Shown: positions 62,626 through 64,000 of the stretch, one piece after another
Layout of the letters: the number at the start of each line of letters is the position of its first letter
Numbering within the stretch: the stretch's first letter is position 1
Assembly: GCA_013265495.1 (NCBI GenBank)
Contig: MU059176.1
Span: 3,283,720-3,347,719, forward strand
Direction of reading: 5' to 3'
Length of the DNA stretch: 64,000 nucleotides
Source: Vicugna vicugna
Taxonomy: Eukaryota
Made by a program: the position numbers and the translations under genes
The notes under the pieces: generated by a model
Seen by the model: only the letters and a program-made list of their open reading frames with translations
Database searches by the model: none
What the model was told of the DNA's origin: nothing

Positions 62626-62759
62626 TGAACAAAGCCACCGCAAGTGCTCCGGAGATCACAGGCGGGGGCGCCTTCTGGGGGATGGCAAAGTCCCTTCTAG
62701 TTGGAAAACTGACAACAGACCACATCCAAAGGGAGCGGAGAGTCTTGCCTCGGCCTTCT

Positions 62760-63030
62760 GGTCTCCGGGCAGAGCCGCCTCAGCCCGGGAGTTGCTCCCT
62801 CGCCGTGCAGGTTCTGGCCTGCCCGCCACCTGGGTCGCCCTTCTCGGGGCGCCTGGCCTATCAGGCACTTAATTGGAGAAATGCCTATTCAAATCCTTTG
62901 CCCATTTAAAACCTGAGTTGTCTTTTTACTGTTGAGTTGTGAGAGTTCTTCTATACCCTACACACTAGACCCTTACCAGACATACGGTTGGCAAACACTT
63001 CTTCCTGTTCTGCGGACAATCCTCCCTTTA
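62760..63030 (-). mobile_element. Old L1M (L1MB-like) ORF2-end fragment
   Basis: TTGGAGAAATGCCTATTCAAATCCTTTGCCCATTTAAA...TTGAGTTGTGAGAGTTCTT...CTAGACCCTTACCAGACATA matches the antisense of the L1 ORF2 3' region. The left boundary is uncertain. Confidence 0.75.
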
Positions 63031-63199
63031 AAGCAGCCTCGGGCAGTGCTGGAAGCTTGCTGCACCTGTGCAGCCAGGTCCATGAAGCCTGGGCTCCTCC
63101 TGGGCTCTGTTCCTGGGGGAATGTCACCCTGTCCCATGGCTTTTCCAGCCTCCTATGTGCCAATGCTGCCCAAACCTCTAGGCCCGCCTGCTCCACCAT

Positions 63200-63530
63200 C
63201 CCCCGGATTTAGACATCAATGCCTGCACTTGGATGTCCAACGGGGCAGGACACACCTAGCATGTCCCATGCTGAACTCCTAACTCCACCTCCTACAACAA
63301 AGACAGAAGAACAAAGCAAAGCCTAGTCCCACCCTCAGCCTTCCCCATCTCAGCAAACGGCAGCACAATCCACAGCTGCTGCAGCCAAAACACCTGGCGG
63401 TCATCAGCACTTCTGTCTACTTGGAACTTCCATTTACTGGCATCTTCTGTGTGTTTGGTTCTGTCTCCCCAGAGAACAGAGTCCTTGAGAACAGGGATAT
63501 CTTGAGTGCTGCTGTATCTCTGCCCTTCAT
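63200..63530 (+). mobile_element. L2 LINE fragment
   Basis: CACTTGGATGTCCAAC...CATGTCCCATGCTGAACTCCT...CTTCCCCATCTCAGCAAACGGCAGCACAATCCAC...GCCAAAACACCTGG. Confidence 0.65.
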
Positions 63531-64000
63531 CTTGCCAGACCAGCTCTTCCTTTAATCTCTCTAGTAAGGGCAGAAGAGGCTGCAGAAGGTGGAAGGGACC
63601 CCCCTCCATCCCCTGCCAGTTCCTCAAGCCCCTGCTCTGTGCTAGGCACTCTCATCACAGTGTCTCGTTTGGCCTCAGCCTGGGGCAGGAGCAGTGTTAT
63701 AACCAGGAGCTCCAAGCACTAAGCAGCCTGCCCTCGGTCCCCAGTGTGTGAGTGACAGAGCTAGGACGGGAACTGGACGCTTTCGTCCCCCCGCCCTCAG
63801 GCTTCTGACAGGGCAGCTGTGAACGTGATCCTGGTTGGACATCTGTGGAAGGCACTGTGGTTTTCAAAAGTTTCCTTTAATGGGGATAAGAACGGAGGAC
63901 TGGAAAGAGGGAAGGGGAGAAAAACCAACCAAACAAACCCTGGAACCAAGGTGAGAAGCTCTAAGAAAAGAAAGGGGGAGAGCTCTGACAAGATTGTTCA

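Overview
Mammalian, GC-rich genomic DNA, almost certainly camelid (alpaca/llama/camel), because it carries a Vic-1-type tRNA-derived SINE and a camelid-type L1 tail. The window is the interior of SCUBE1 on the minus strand. Six phase-1/phase-1 EGF-module exons (human-numbering exons 4-9, 735 nt) join into one stop-free frame matching SCUBE1 EGF3-EGF8, all with AG/GT boundaries. Exons 3 and 10 are not visible in the window. The rest is intron with many decayed MIR/L2/L1/MaLR/hAT relics, a few small tandem repeats and a 228-N assembly gap. I found no convincing new gene or novel system. The best leads are: (i) the known 90-nt SCUBE1 cassette exon is absent from the called bases of intron 6 and may lie in the gap, which is flanked by RBFOX and UG-rich motifs; (ii) a 99-nt in-frame cryptic exon candidate beside the gap; (iii) an unusual distant-branch-point acceptor at exon 6; (iv) a sense-oriented MER53 hairpin keeping the miR-1302 seed; (v) several candidate intronic enhancers (double DR1 array, RFX/SOX/TEAD, FOX/SOX/GATA/CRE) and a strong CTCF motif. 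Repeat names and reference proteins are recalled from memory, not searched.
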